A stretch of 64,000 bases of DNA from the IMG/VR virus record IMGVR_UViG_3300029286_000012. One strand, written 5' to 3'. This document shows positions 1 through 9,600 of this stretch, piece by piece. The position numbers and the translations under genes were made by a program. This DNA comes from a virus. The notes beneath the pieces are model-generated. The model was not told the origin of the DNA, did not search any database, and saw nothing but the letters and a program-made list of their open reading frames with translations. The number at the start of each line of letters is the position of its first letter. The first letter of the stretch is position 1.

Positions 1-570
1 GCTGTGAATAAAGCTATTCACAAAGACGTTGTAGGTTATCTATCATTCGCTAAACAGGACCTGTATGAGTTTGATAGTAAATCATCAAGCCGTGCATTCG
101 CTACTCCACGTAGCTGGTGTTTCGTTAGTGACTTGTTGAATGATGAGGATGACACTGATGCCGATACATTGTTCAATTTGATTAGTGGAGCTGTTGGTGA
201 AGGTCTTGCTGTTAAGTTTGCGGCACACCGCAAAGTTGCAGGTCGTATGCCCGAGCCCTCAGATATTTTGTCAGGCAAAGTGAAGGACCTTGCAGTTAAA
301 GAAATCTCGGCAATGTATTCATTGACTATTTCAATGTGCTATGAATTGCGTGATGCACTTGAGAATAAGAAAGTGGACAGTAAGAAGTTCCACGAAATGG
401 CTGATAACTTCTTTAACTACATTATGGCAAACTTTGAGACTGAGTTGGTTGTAATGGGTGCGAAGATTGCATTGAAAACATACAAGTTGCCGATTGAGCC
501 AAGTCAATTGAAAAACTTTGATGAGTTTCATAAGAAATACGGCAAGTACATTGTGCAAGCTGGTGAGTGA
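1..570 (+). CDS. MoxR-like AAA+ ATPase, C-terminal part (5'-truncated by window edge)
   Basis: FATPRSW sensor motif typical of this AAA family; lies just upstream of a vWA/metallopeptidase gene, its usual partner. Confidence 0.75.
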   Translation, partial: AVNKAIHKDVVGYLSFAKQDLYEFDSKSSSRAFATPRSWCFVSDLLNDEDDTDADTLFNLISGAVGEGLAVKFAAHRKVAGRMPEPSDILSGKVKDLAVKEISAMYSLTISMCYELRDALENKKVDSKKFHEMADNFFNYIMANFETELVVMGAKIALKTYKLPIEPSQLKNFDEFHKKYGKYIVQAGE

Positions 571-576
571 TTTAAT

Positions 577-603
577 GGGTGAGTGTAATGCTCACCCTTT
601 TTT
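577..603 (+). terminator. Rho-independent terminator
   Basis: GGGTGAG-tgtaatg-CTCACCC stem-loop followed by a T run. Confidence 0.8.
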
Positions 604-614
604 AAAGAAATATA

Positions 615-767
615 ATGTCAGGTAAGAAATATTTTTACGCATTGGGGCAAAGTGCCCGGTCAAAAGGAATGACAAAGGACCAAGGAATGGCCTTGTATGC
701 TATTGAGTCCGCACAGGATTACGCACGTATTGCATTTGATGCAGGATATCGAGGCTTGTCTATTTGA
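615..767 (+). CDS. small hypothetical protein (50 aa, MSGKKYFYALGQSARSKG...)
   Basis: ATG at 615, TGA at 765-767, fills the intergenic gap; below the ORF-track cutoff. Confidence 0.6.
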   Translation: MSGKKYFYALGQSARSKGMTKDQGMALYAIESAQDYARIAFDAGYRGLSI

Positions 768-792
768 CAATAAATAGAAATTCTGCTATAAT
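764..792 (+). promoter_or_regulatory. sigma70-type early promoter (TTGACAATAAAT class)
   Basis: TTGACA-17 nt-TATAAT, perfect consensus. Confidence 0.85.
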
Positions 793-818
793 AGACACAT
801 AAACAGTAAAGGACCAAT

Positions 819-2090
819 ATGAGCGAAGTACTTAATCCCACTAAAAAACGTAGTCGTAGTAAGAAATTTGAAAATCTAGTAGGACCTACAGATAGCAAAA
901 TTGATGCATTAGCACGTGAAAGGTTAGTCACCGCACGTATTGGTTTACTATTACGTCATTCATTCTTTGGCAATCTTGCTACACGTATGCAACTTATCAA
1001 TGCCGATCTATGGTGTAGTACTGCGGCAACTGATGGTCAGAAGTTTTATTACAATAGTCGCTTCATTATGATGTTGAAGCCGAAAGAAGTTGAATTTTTA
1101 GTTGGTCACGAAGTATTGCACGTGGTGTACGATCATATGGGTCGCCGTGATAATCGTGATCCTGAAATCTGGAATATTGCTGATGACTATGCTGTCAATG
1201 CAGATTTGAAACGTCACAAAGTTGGCCAGTTTATTACATCAGTGCCTTGCTTATATGAATCAAAATATGATGGTAAAGCCGCAGAAGCTATCTATGATGA
1301 TTTGATAAAAAATGTTCAGAAAATTTCTATTGAAGATTTGCTGGATCAAATGATTGATGACCATATGGATGGTGACGGAGATGGCGAAGGTGATGGGGAT
1401 AAAGAGGGTAAAGGTAAACGTCCCTCAATGAGTCCCGAAGAACGTGAACGTGTACGTCAGGAAGTTAAACAAGCTATTATCAATGCCGCAAGTAGTGCAG
1501 AAGCAGGTCAGTTGCCCTTAGGTGTCGAACGATTGATCCGTCAGCATACTAACCCAGTTATGCCCTGGCGTGAACTGATTCAAACTAACTTGACAAGTGC
1601 TATTCGTACAGATTACAGTTGGATGCGTCCCTCACGCAGAGGTTGGCACATGGATGCTATCATGCCCGGCATGACACCGGGAGAAGAAATTGATGTTGTC
1701 GTATCAATCGATATGTCAGGTAGTATCAGCAACAAACAAGCACAACAATTCTTAGGTGAAATTGGTGGTATGATGGATGCGTTTGATGGTTACAAGGTCC
1801 ACGTATTCTGCTTTGATACTGATACATATAACCCACAAGATTTCTCTAGTGAGAATATGGAAAGCATTGAAGAATATCAGCCAATGGGCGGTGGTGGAAC
1901 TGACTTTGATTGTATCTTTACATACTTGAAAGAGAATGCTATTGATCCAAAACGATTGATTGTATTCACTGATGGATACCCTTGTGGTAGTTGGGGTGAC
2001 CCAGACTATTGTGATACAACTTGGATCATTCATGGTGATAAGAATCCGAATCCCCCATTCGGTACGTATGCTATCTATGATGAAAAATAA
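819..2090 (+). CDS. metallopeptidase-like + vWA domain protein (DUF2201-type)
   Basis: TAATDG, HEVLH (HExxH), acidic/Gly linker, DMSGS MIDAS motif, GGGTDF, FTDG. Confidence 0.85.
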   Translation: MSEVLNPTKKRSRSKKFENLVGPTDSKIDALARERLVTARIGLLLRHSFFGNLATRMQLINADLWCSTAATDGQKFYYNSRFIMMLKPKEVEFLVGHEVLHVVYDHMGRRDNRDPEIWNIADDYAVNADLKRHKVGQFITSVPCLYESKYDGKAAEAIYDDLIKNVQKISIEDLLDQMIDDHMDGDGDGEGDGDKEGKGKRPSMSPEERERVRQEVKQAIINAASSAEAGQLPLGVERLIRQHTNPVMPWRELIQTNLTSAIRTDYSWMRPSRRGWHMDAIMPGMTPGEEIDVVVSIDMSGSISNKQAQQFLGEIGGMMDAFDGYKVHVFCFDTDTYNPQDFSSENMESIEEYQPMGGGGTDFDCIFTYLKENAIDPKRLIVFTDGYPCGSWGDPDYCDTTWIIHGDKNPNPPFGTYAIYDEK

Positions 2091-2200
2091 TGAGTTGGCT
2101 TGACTATATTATAATTTCAATACTTATATTGGGCTTATGTTGGCTTTTTGTTATTGCCTTAGTTAGATTCTTGGGAATGATAAAAGATGTCGATGATTAA
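2090..2200 (+). CDS. small single-TM membrane protein (36 aa)
   Basis: MSWLDYIIISILILGLCWLFVIALVRFLGMIKDVDD; start overlaps upstream stop (TAATG). Confidence 0.55.
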   Translation: MSWLDYIIISILILGLCWLFVIALVRFLGMIKDVDD

Positions 2201-2435
2201 GTCTAGTGAGGAAATAATTATTTACGAAAGCCCAGATGGCGGCAAGACGGTCTATTCACGTAAGAGTGGATCGTCGGACCGAACAATGGTTAAAGAAGAT
2301 ACTTCCCAACGTTACATTACAAAATGGTATGAGTGGAAAGAAATTCTTAAACTAGCAGAAACAGAACCTTCATTAGCAAACGCAATTAACAAAGCAGAAA
2401 TGTTATATGTCATCCTTAAGAAAGAAGAAAACTAA
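2187..2435 (+). CDS. hypothetical protein
   Basis: ORF in operon; IYESPDGGKTVY motif common in T4-like phage small proteins. Confidence 0.7.
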   Translation: MSMIKSSEEIIIYESPDGGKTVYSRKSGSSDRTMVKEDTSQRYITKWYEWKEILKLAETEPSLANAINKAEMLYVILKKEEN

Positions 2436-2781
2436 ACACTATCTTGCAATGTGGGATATGTTAGGTCTTGAATGTTTATATGATGTTGACTTACATATGA
2501 GTAAGTACAACGAATGGGAAAAACAAAAAGTTGTTGCTATTCTTAAAGAACAACGAACCCCCGACCAGCCATCAGGCATCCCATTACAAATGATGTTACT
2601 CCGTGCAAGAGTAAACAGTCAACGTGCGTATGAGATTTATGAGTTTAATAGCACAATGGCTTATGATGAACTTAAAACAGCATTTGAAGTTGATCCGCAA
2701 CCTGTTGTTGAATGGATTAGAGAGAACGGCAAAAAGGTTTATAGTGATTATGTTAAACAAAATAGAAAGATGATTGTATGA
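2407..2781 (+). CDS. hypothetical protein
   Basis: ORF overlapping neighbours in operon. Confidence 0.7.
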   Translation: MSSLRKKKTKHYLAMWDMLGLECLYDVDLHMSKYNEWEKQKVVAILKEQRTPDQPSGIPLQMMLLRARVNSQRAYEIYEFNSTMAYDELKTAFEVDPQPVVEWIRENGKKVYSDYVKQNRKMIV

Positions 2782-3209
2782 TGTATATCGGTACTAGCCT
2801 TGGTGGATGCTTGAATAGTTTGATGGCAAACGAAGTGTCCGAGGATAATGTTATGTTTATTGTAACCCGAACAATGTGCCCTAACTATGAAACCTTTATG
2901 CAGGTAGTAGAACAATATTATGTAGAAGGTACTTCAATTACACGTTCTACCTACTCATATGCACTTAGTGAGTATGATTTAACCAAAGTAAAAGAATTGG
3001 CTACTAGATTATATTTCTCAGGTAGGATACACCAACCTAGAGTATTTGACAGTGAAGGTAGAACCGCCGGACATTATTCTGATTATAATCATCCAGCAAA
3101 GCTAGGTCATGGATTGTGGATGCAAGTGGTACCAACTAACGATAACTCAACACCTTCAGTAGTTGAAGCTTGGGAAAAATATAAGATGTTAGATAATTTA
3201 ACAAAATGA
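2778..3209 (+). CDS. hypothetical protein
   Basis: ATGA-coupled ORF. Confidence 0.7.
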   Translation: MMYIGTSLGGCLNSLMANEVSEDNVMFIVTRTMCPNYETFMQVVEQYYVEGTSITRSTYSYALSEYDLTKVKELATRLYFSGRIHQPRVFDSEGRTAGHYSDYNHPAKLGHGLWMQVVPTNDNSTPSVVEAWEKYKMLDNLTK

Positions 3210-3451
3210 CTGAATATAAAATTGATCCTTATATTTGGTTTGGTAAAAGACAGGTAGACTTTTGTCCAAAACATTTTATATTAACCGCTACACCATTGAC
3301 AATTGATTCTAAACAATGGGTATTAGATAATCTCAAAGGTAGATTTTGCATTATTCAAACCAGTCAATTGTTTTTGGTAGAATATTATTTAGGTAACATA
3401 GCATTTGAGGATTCCAAAGATGCTACATTTTATGAATTGAAATGGTCATGA
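3206..3451 (+). CDS. small protein of the 'F-x-L-[RK]-W' C-terminal motif family
   Basis: ends AFEDSKDATFYELKWS, like the paralogues at 32887-33806. Confidence 0.7.
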   Translation: MTEYKIDPYIWFGKRQVDFCPKHFILTATPLTIDSKQWVLDNLKGRFCIIQTSQLFLVEYYLGNIAFEDSKDATFYELKWS

Positions 3452-4740
3452 TAAAAATTATTGTAAGTTTATTAACGTTAAGTGTTATTCTGTCTGGTTG
3501 CGGTGGAGGTGGATCTAGCCAAACAGAATTAGACACTACACCAGTAATAACATCCAGTTCGCAGATTGAAACTCCTGCTAATATATCGGTAAATAATGTC
3601 TCTACACCAGTAATAAAATCTATTTCTCAATTTGAAACTCCTACTGCTATATCAGTGGATAAATTTAGATTGGCACAGCTTGATTATAGATATGATACAC
3701 CAAAAACTCAATTTGATATTAATGGATATCATACTACTTCATTTGAATCAGTAAAACCAGCAATTGATAAAATTAAACAAATAGGATTTAATGGGATTAT
3801 TGTGCAATTGCAAACACCCATTAACAAACATACCGGACGTATTAGTCTTTATGATACAGCAAACACTGATAAAACAATTCCAAAAGATACTTGGAAATTA
3901 GTTGAGTATATAAAATCTCAAGGATTACAAGTATGGTTGTCACTACAAATTGTAGATAGTGATACCGATTCATTATTGACGCCGGATTTTAATAAATATA
4001 CCGAACAATCAATGTTTAACAACATCATTGAATATCAACGAAAACTTGCAATAACTGCCGAACAATACAAAGTACAAGGTATTTTTATCAGTGAAGGTAA
4101 CTATAACTTAGAATCATATGAACATTTATTTTATTGGCAACAGTTAATTTCTGAAATTAGGAAAGTGTATTCGGGTAAATTATCATATACTACCTACTTA
4201 ATGATGCCAACATCAATTTGGAATCATGTTGACTATGCTAGTGTTAATTTAAATGAAACTTTATCTAAAACTCCGATTTATGATTTAAAAACAATTGTAA
4301 ATTTATATTTTAATGATGCATCCAATAAAAATCAAATTCAATTGATTAAGAATTTTCACATGGTGTATGGTAAGAAATTTATTCTAATAACGCACCCAGT
4401 TATTACGGACATGGGTGTGGGTTATGTACCTTCTACTTTTTGGGAAAATGTAATTAATAATGTTTGGTCAAATGTATTTACACCCCATACTGATAAACGA
4501 ATGCAATTATTAAAAATTACTGCATTTATGGAAGCAGTAAACAAACATTTAATAGATGTTACCGATGGTGTAGGTTTTGGAGGATTTAATCCCTGGTTAC
4601 AGCATGTGAATTTTAGTAAACAAGGTACCGGAATATATCATTACTATTGTTGTGGAGTTGATTTAACTAATAACACAGATGCCCAAAAAACTATTAATTC
4701 ATATTTTAGCAAACAATGGGGCCATCATACTAACCAATAA
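3442..4740 (+). CDS. lipoprotein with TIM-barrel glycoside-hydrolase-like domain (GH113-like)
   Basis: lipobox LSGC then GGGG; segments KSQGLQVWL, AEQYKVQGIFI, WQQLISEIRKVYSGKLSY resemble GH113-type barrels; start may be ATG 3448. Confidence 0.55.
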   Translation: MVMIKIIVSLLTLSVILSGCGGGGSSQTELDTTPVITSSSQIETPANISVNNVSTPVIKSISQFETPTAISVDKFRLAQLDYRYDTPKTQFDINGYHTTSFESVKPAIDKIKQIGFNGIIVQLQTPINKHTGRISLYDTANTDKTIPKDTWKLVEYIKSQGLQVWLSLQIVDSDTDSLLTPDFNKYTEQSMFNNIIEYQRKLAITAEQYKVQGIFISEGNYNLESYEHLFYWQQLISEIRKVYSGKLSYTTYLMMPTSIWNHVDYASVNLNETLSKTPIYDLKTIVNLYFNDASNKNQIQLIKNFHMVYGKKFILITHPVITDMGVGYVPSTFWENVINNVWSNVFTPHTDKRMQLLKITAFMEAVNKHLIDVTDGVGFGGFNPWLQHVNFSKQGTGIYHYYCCGVDLTNNTDAQKTINSYFSKQWGHHTNQ

Positions 4741-4802
4741 AAATATTTGATTGATGAATATCAGTTAAATATCTTAAGCTTATATAAGAGGAGAACACAA
4801 CT

Positions 4803-5468
4803 ATGAGTTTTACACGACACGTTGGTAAACACGGTGATAGAAAAGTTGCAATAGTATTTCGGGAAGTGCCTAATGAAGTTCATATGTGCTTAGTCACATA
4901 TACAGAGACATTAAATCAGCACGTTCACGACCCACTAATCAAATGCATTGAAAGTGATATTGGACAAAATAGCGAACATTTAGCAGATGCACTAAACAGA
5001 ACATATGCTAAAGATGGTAGACCAATTCTACAGGTATTGCATTTGGAAGGTCAATTAAAGAAGGTTCAAACATCGGCAATTGTTATGACACCTTCACCAA
5101 ATCAAACAATTCGCTTAGATGAATTGAATAAGATACTAGATGAAATGCAACAGGGTGAAAGTGCAGTTAAGCGTTTGCAAGAATTAGATGACAGTCGTGG
5201 ATTACAAGATCCAGCTGATGTAGTTCGTAGAATGCGTGGTAATCAAAACCCAGTAACACCGACAGGTGATTTATTAGGAGATGCGTCACTTGCAAAACAA
5301 AGACTTGAACAAGCACAAAAAATGGAACGTGAAGCAAAAGGCTTACTAGCAGAAGCAAAGCGTTTGACCGATGAGGCAAAAAGTTTAGATCCTACTATTG
5401 CAGAACCTGCAGTTATAGAAACAAAACCAGTTAAAGTTAAAAAACCAAGAGCAAAAGTTAGTGTCTAA
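4803..5468 (+). CDS. conserved phage hypothetical protein
   Basis: GAGGAG SD; C-terminal coiled coil. Confidence 0.75.
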   Translation: MSFTRHVGKHGDRKVAIVFREVPNEVHMCLVTYTETLNQHVHDPLIKCIESDIGQNSEHLADALNRTYAKDGRPILQVLHLEGQLKKVQTSAIVMTPSPNQTIRLDELNKILDEMQQGESAVKRLQELDDSRGLQDPADVVRRMRGNQNPVTPTGDLLGDASLAKQRLEQAQKMEREAKGLLAEAKRLTDEAKSLDPTIAEPAVIETKPVKVKKPRAKVSV

Positions 5469-5764
5469 TGTCACCAGAATTCATTTCAAAATGGGAACAT
5501 ATCCTTGAAGATGTAGAAAAAAATAAGATACCTGTAGAGTTTATTAAGAAGTTAGTTATTAAGCTTCAAGGTAAAAAACAACAGACTATCAATATTCAAA
5601 AGTTTCTACAACAAGGATTGAATCCAGACCAAATAGAAGAAGCAGTCAGTCGCAAACTTGATGAACTTGATGAACTAATAGTGAGTGTAGAATTTGTTCT
5701 CAATGTTCAAAGTATTGCTGACACCGTACAACCAGAGACAGACAGACTATTAGGTAAGCTTTAA
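5468..5764 (+). CDS. hypothetical protein
   Basis: TAATG-coupled ORF. Confidence 0.7.
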   Translation: MSPEFISKWEHILEDVEKNKIPVEFIKKLVIKLQGKKQQTINIQKFLQQGLNPDQIEEAVSRKLDELDELIVSVEFVLNVQSIADTVQPETDRLLGKL

Positions 5765-5766
5765 CT

Positions 5767-6372
5767 ATGCACTACCACTATGTTGATATAGGTACCAGTA
5801 ATTTTGATACAAGCGCGGAGTTTGCTAAATCTGATCCTTCAATTAATGTATTACTTGTTGAACCATTAGACTTTTATTTAAATTCTCTTAAAGGAAATAA
5901 TGTTAAATTGTGTAATTGTGCAATAAGTGATATTGAAGGAACATCAATTATATATTTTTTACCTGAAGAATATATTGAAAAAACGTTCCCCATGCCAGAT
6001 AAATTTTGGTTAAAAGGATGTAATAAATTAGATGAGCCGCATCAACTGGTATTATCAGAATTACAACAGTTATCAATAGACCCGAGTGTTATTCATCAAC
6101 AAGAAATTAAAAAAATAACATTCGATACTTTATGCAATGAATTTGATATAACCTCTATAGGTAGATTACAGATTGATACAGAAGGATACGAATGTCAGAT
6201 ACTTCCATCAGTGATTCAAAAAATAAAAAATGGCATGAAAGTACAATCATTGTTTGTTGAGAACAATAACAACTCGGATACAATAAAAATAGAAAAATTA
6301 TTTACACAATTTACTGAATTAAATTATACACGAACTAACCATTTAATGGATGTAGAATTGACATTAATATGA
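5767..6372 (+). CDS. FkbM-family methyltransferase
   Basis: VDIG, LVEP, NCAISD and LQIDTEGYE motifs. Confidence 0.8.
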   Translation: MHYHYVDIGTSNFDTSAEFAKSDPSINVLLVEPLDFYLNSLKGNNVKLCNCAISDIEGTSIIYFLPEEYIEKTFPMPDKFWLKGCNKLDEPHQLVLSELQQLSIDPSVIHQQEIKKITFDTLCNEFDITSIGRLQIDTEGYECQILPSVIQKIKNGMKVQSLFVENNNNSDTIKIEKLFTQFTELNYTRTNHLMDVELTLI

Positions 6373-7268
6373 AACAATACAAAGAATTATTACAAGATAT
6401 ACTAGATGACGGAGAGATTAAAGATGACAGAACTGGTGTTGGCACCTATAGTGTTTTTGGACGTCATATTCGCTTTGATTTGCGTAGGGGCTTTCCCGCA
6501 GTCACTACTAAAAAACTTGCTTGGAAAGCTTGCGTCGGTGAGCTTCTCTGGTTTATTGAGGGATCTAGTGATGAACGTAGATTGGCAGAACTTACCCACG
6601 GTAGTAGTGAAGGAAAAGTTACTATCTGGACACCAAATGCGCTTGCACCGTATTGGAAACACAAAGCAAAATTCGAAGGTGATCTCGGTCGTGTCTACGG
6701 GGTACAATGGCGTCACTGGAACAAGTATCGCACAGAGAAAGACATGGGCAAAGCACACAAAGGTGGTACACGCCTCGCAGTTGACAAGATTGAAGTCGAC
6801 CAATTGGCAAATCTCATTAAAGGGTTAACTGAAGATCCTAATGGGCGCAGGCATATACTAAGTGCCTGGAACGTGAGCGAGTTAGACGAAATGGCTTTGC
6901 CCCCTTGTCACGTTATGAGTCAATTCTATGTTAACAAAAATCGTGAACTTTCTTGCCATATGTATCAGCGTAGTGTTGATGTTTTCTTGGGTTTACCTTT
7001 TAACATTGCTAGTTATGCATTACTTACACATCTATTGGCACATCACTGTAATCTAAAAGTAGGTGAACTTGTAATTAGTACAGGTGATACACATATCTAC
7101 AAGGATCACATTGAACAAGTTAAAGAACAATTAACACGTGAATCTTATCCATTACCTACATTGATGTTAAATGCGTCAAAGACTAATATCTTTGAAATCT
7201 CAATGGAAGACATACATTTAGAGAACTATCAAAGTCATGGCCCTATCAAAGCAACAATGGCAATCTAA
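6369..7268 (+). CDS. thyA: thymidylate synthase
   Basis: DRTGVGT, ELLWF, ALPPCH, YQRSVDVFLGLPFNIASY, GDTHIY. Confidence 0.97.
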   Translation: MKQYKELLQDILDDGEIKDDRTGVGTYSVFGRHIRFDLRRGFPAVTTKKLAWKACVGELLWFIEGSSDERRLAELTHGSSEGKVTIWTPNALAPYWKHKAKFEGDLGRVYGVQWRHWNKYRTEKDMGKAHKGGTRLAVDKIEVDQLANLIKGLTEDPNGRRHILSAWNVSELDEMALPPCHVMSQFYVNKNRELSCHMYQRSVDVFLGLPFNIASYALLTHLLAHHCNLKVGELVISTGDTHIYKDHIEQVKEQLTRESYPLPTLMLNASKTNIFEISMEDIHLENYQSHGPIKATMAI

Positions 7269-7569
7269 AGAAGAATTCACTAGACCCAAATATCAGGTAC
7301 AAGTATCTGATATCAGGGGAGAATCAGTATCTATTACTCAAGTAGTACATACTATTAGAATGGGTGATGTTGAAGATCCTGATTTGTTTGTAGCACACCC
7401 TATATACGAGTGGCAACAAACAGAAGAAGGTAAGTGGATAATGGAAAACTCTAATCCCGCACCCAGTTGGCATCGTAACAATGACCTATACGATTATAGT
7501 TATGTATATCAGATTAGAGCATATCTAACACACAAACAATTAACATTTTGGAAATTAAAATATGAGTAA
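7237..7569 (+). CDS. hypothetical protein, distant member of the F-x-L-[RK]-W family
   Basis: ends AYLTHKQLTFWKLKYE. Confidence 0.7.
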   Translation: MALSKQQWQSKEEFTRPKYQVQVSDIRGESVSITQVVHTIRMGDVEDPDLFVAHPIYEWQQTEEGKWIMENSNPAPSWHRNNDLYDYSYVYQIRAYLTHKQLTFWKLKYE

Positions 7570-7600
7570 TATATTAGTTACAGGCGGATTGGTAAGATAA
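7562..7600 (+). pseudogene. orphaned original 5' end of the epimerase gene (MSNILVTGGL)
   Basis: encodes the same ILVTGGL Rossmann start as the gene at 8426, then a stop; sits directly before the endonuclease insert. Confidence 0.75.
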
Positions 7601-7622
7601 ATAAAGTAACAAGGAAATTGTT

Positions 7623-8429
7623 ATGATTATTTACACATTGTATTTGAAAGAACATACTATAACAGGATTAAAATATCTAGGCTATACTAAAAATGATATA
7701 ACAAAGTATAGCGGATCCGGAAAATATTGGTTAAGACACCTAAAAATTCACGGGTCAACCCACAAGACTGAGATACTTTTACAGACAACCAACAAAGAAG
7801 AAATAAAAAGTATGGGAAGGTATTATAGTAATTTATGGGATGTTGTTAATGCCAAAGATGAGGCAGGAAATAAGATATGGGCAAATTTAAGAATTGAAGA
7901 AGGTGACGGTGGTGCTGGGTATATTTTCTCGGAAGAAGATAGGAAAAAAATTAGTGATAAATCAAAGATAGCATGGGCTAATGACCAATCAAGAGAAAAA
8001 CGAATATTGTCTATAAAAGAATCACTTAATAAACCTGAAGTTAAAGCTAAAATTGGTGAAACAAGTAAAAGAACACTTGCTGATCCAGTGACTAAAGCAA
8101 AATTAAAAGCATCAAGTAAAAAAACTTGGAGTGACCCCGTATTGCGAGAAAAACATAGCGTAATTCAATCCGAAGTTCAAAATAGAGAATCAGTCAAGGA
8201 AAAGAAAAGGGCGGCGGCCATCAAAAACTGGGGTGATGAGAATATTAGAAAAACTAGAATTGATAGAATGACAGACCAAACTATATACACTTTTGAAAAT
8301 ATTAAAACTGGTGAAAAAATTAAATCAACGAGAAAAGAATTAGTTGATAGATATAATTTAAACAGAGCACACTTATCAAAAGTTATTACCGGTAAAGCAA
8401 ACTCTATAAAAGGATGGAAGAAATTATGA
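7623..8429 (+). mobile_element. free-standing GIY-YIG (Seg-like) homing endonuclease gene
   Basis: N-terminal YTLY...KYLGYT and YSGSG; NUMOD3-like basic helical repeats; C-terminal HTH-like LSKVITGKANSIKGWK; own late box GATAAATA at 7596-7603. Confidence 0.8.
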
Positions 8430-9394
8430 CACGCATTTTGGTCACAGGAGGTCTAGGACTTATAGGACATAACGTAGTAGATAGATTACAACGTATGGGG
8501 CACCGTGTTGCTATTACTGATATACGAACTAACTATGGTATCATCCCGCAAGATGAAATTGACTATCTAATGACAGAAAGGTTGAAGAAAATTCAACCCG
8601 GTAGTATCCATGCGATTGACATTTCTAGTGAAAGTATTGATTGGTTATTTGGTAAATATAACTTTGATATTGTAATTCATATGGCTAGCTTTCCGAGACA
8701 AAAAGTTGTTAATGCTAATCCAACTATGGGAGCAAAAACAATGATGGAAGGTCTATTGAATTTGTGTGAAGTAAGCAAGAAACATAAAATAAAGAAATTT
8801 GTTTATATCAGTAGTTCAATGGTATATGGTGACTTTAAAGATGATGTAACAGAAGATTATAACTGTAAGCCACAGGGACAGTATGGCATTATGAAACTAT
8901 CAGGTGAGCATATTGTTAAAGACTATAGCCGTCGTAATTGTTTCAGTCACACTATCATTCGTCCTAGTGCTGTGTATGGTGAACTAGATGTTGAGGATCG
9001 TGTTATTGCAAAGTTTATGTTGACTGCGATGCGTGATGGAGTATTGAATGTTAATGGTGCGAATGAAACATTAGACTTTACTTATGTTGAAGATGCCGCA
9101 GATGGCATTGTTGGAGCCGCACTAAGCGAGAATACAATGAACAAAACGTATAACATCACTAAGTCACATAGCAGAACATTACTTGATGCCGCAAACTTAG
9201 CAGTAAAGTGTGCAGGTAAAGGTACCATCAATGTTAGAGATAAAGACGCTGACTTCCCTAGTCGTGGTGCATTAAACATTGATGCCGCCCGTAGAGACTT
9301 TGGATATGATCCTAAAGTAGATGTAGAAGAAGGCTTTCAAAAATATTATGATTGGCTTAGTACATCAAGTTTTTGGCAAGATAAAATAAAATGA
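8426..9394 (+). CDS. NAD-dependent nucleotide-sugar epimerase/dehydratase
   Basis: TGGLGLIG, ISSSMVYG, YGIMK (YxxxK), DFTYVED; ATG 8426 overlaps the endonuclease stop. Confidence 0.92.
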   Translation: MTRILVTGGLGLIGHNVVDRLQRMGHRVAITDIRTNYGIIPQDEIDYLMTERLKKIQPGSIHAIDISSESIDWLFGKYNFDIVIHMASFPRQKVVNANPTMGAKTMMEGLLNLCEVSKKHKIKKFVYISSSMVYGDFKDDVTEDYNCKPQGQYGIMKLSGEHIVKDYSRRNCFSHTIIRPSAVYGELDVEDRVIAKFMLTAMRDGVLNVNGANETLDFTYVEDAADGIVGAALSENTMNKTYNITKSHSRTLLDAANLAVKCAGKGTINVRDKDADFPSRGALNIDAARRDFGYDPKVDVEEGFQKYYDWLSTSSFWQDKIK

Positions 9395-9600
9395 ATGAAT
9401 TAGAAACTGCACTAAAAACACATGATTGGACTCTAGCTGGATATAAATCTAGAATCAATATAGACAAGTTGATGAAAGAACATCCTGACCAATCAAAGGC
9501 ATTGTGGGAACAGTATTGCCCATGGTCTGTTACTAATGGTGGATATATAGCTTGGGCAAAAAATGCAAATCCCTCACTTTGGTCTAGCAAGACAATATAA
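9391..9600 (+). CDS. small hypothetical protein
   Basis: ATGA-coupled ORF between epimerase and aminotransferase. Confidence 0.6.
   Translation: MNELETALKTHDWTLAGYKSRINIDKLMKEHPDQSKALWEQYCPWSVTNGGYIAWAKNANPSLWSSKTI

Noticed and set aside
6369-7268. dCMP hydroxymethylase or other base-modifying ThyA homologue
   Set aside because: It has the dUMP-specifying Asn (PFNIASY) and canonical ThyA motifs throughout
7591-8456. Intron interpretation of the endonuclease insert (GTAAG...CTAG ends, or group I intron)
   Set aside because: GT-AG joining would be out of frame and is implausible in a phage; the ORF fills the insert, leaving no room for a ribozyme core; the downstream gene has its own complete start
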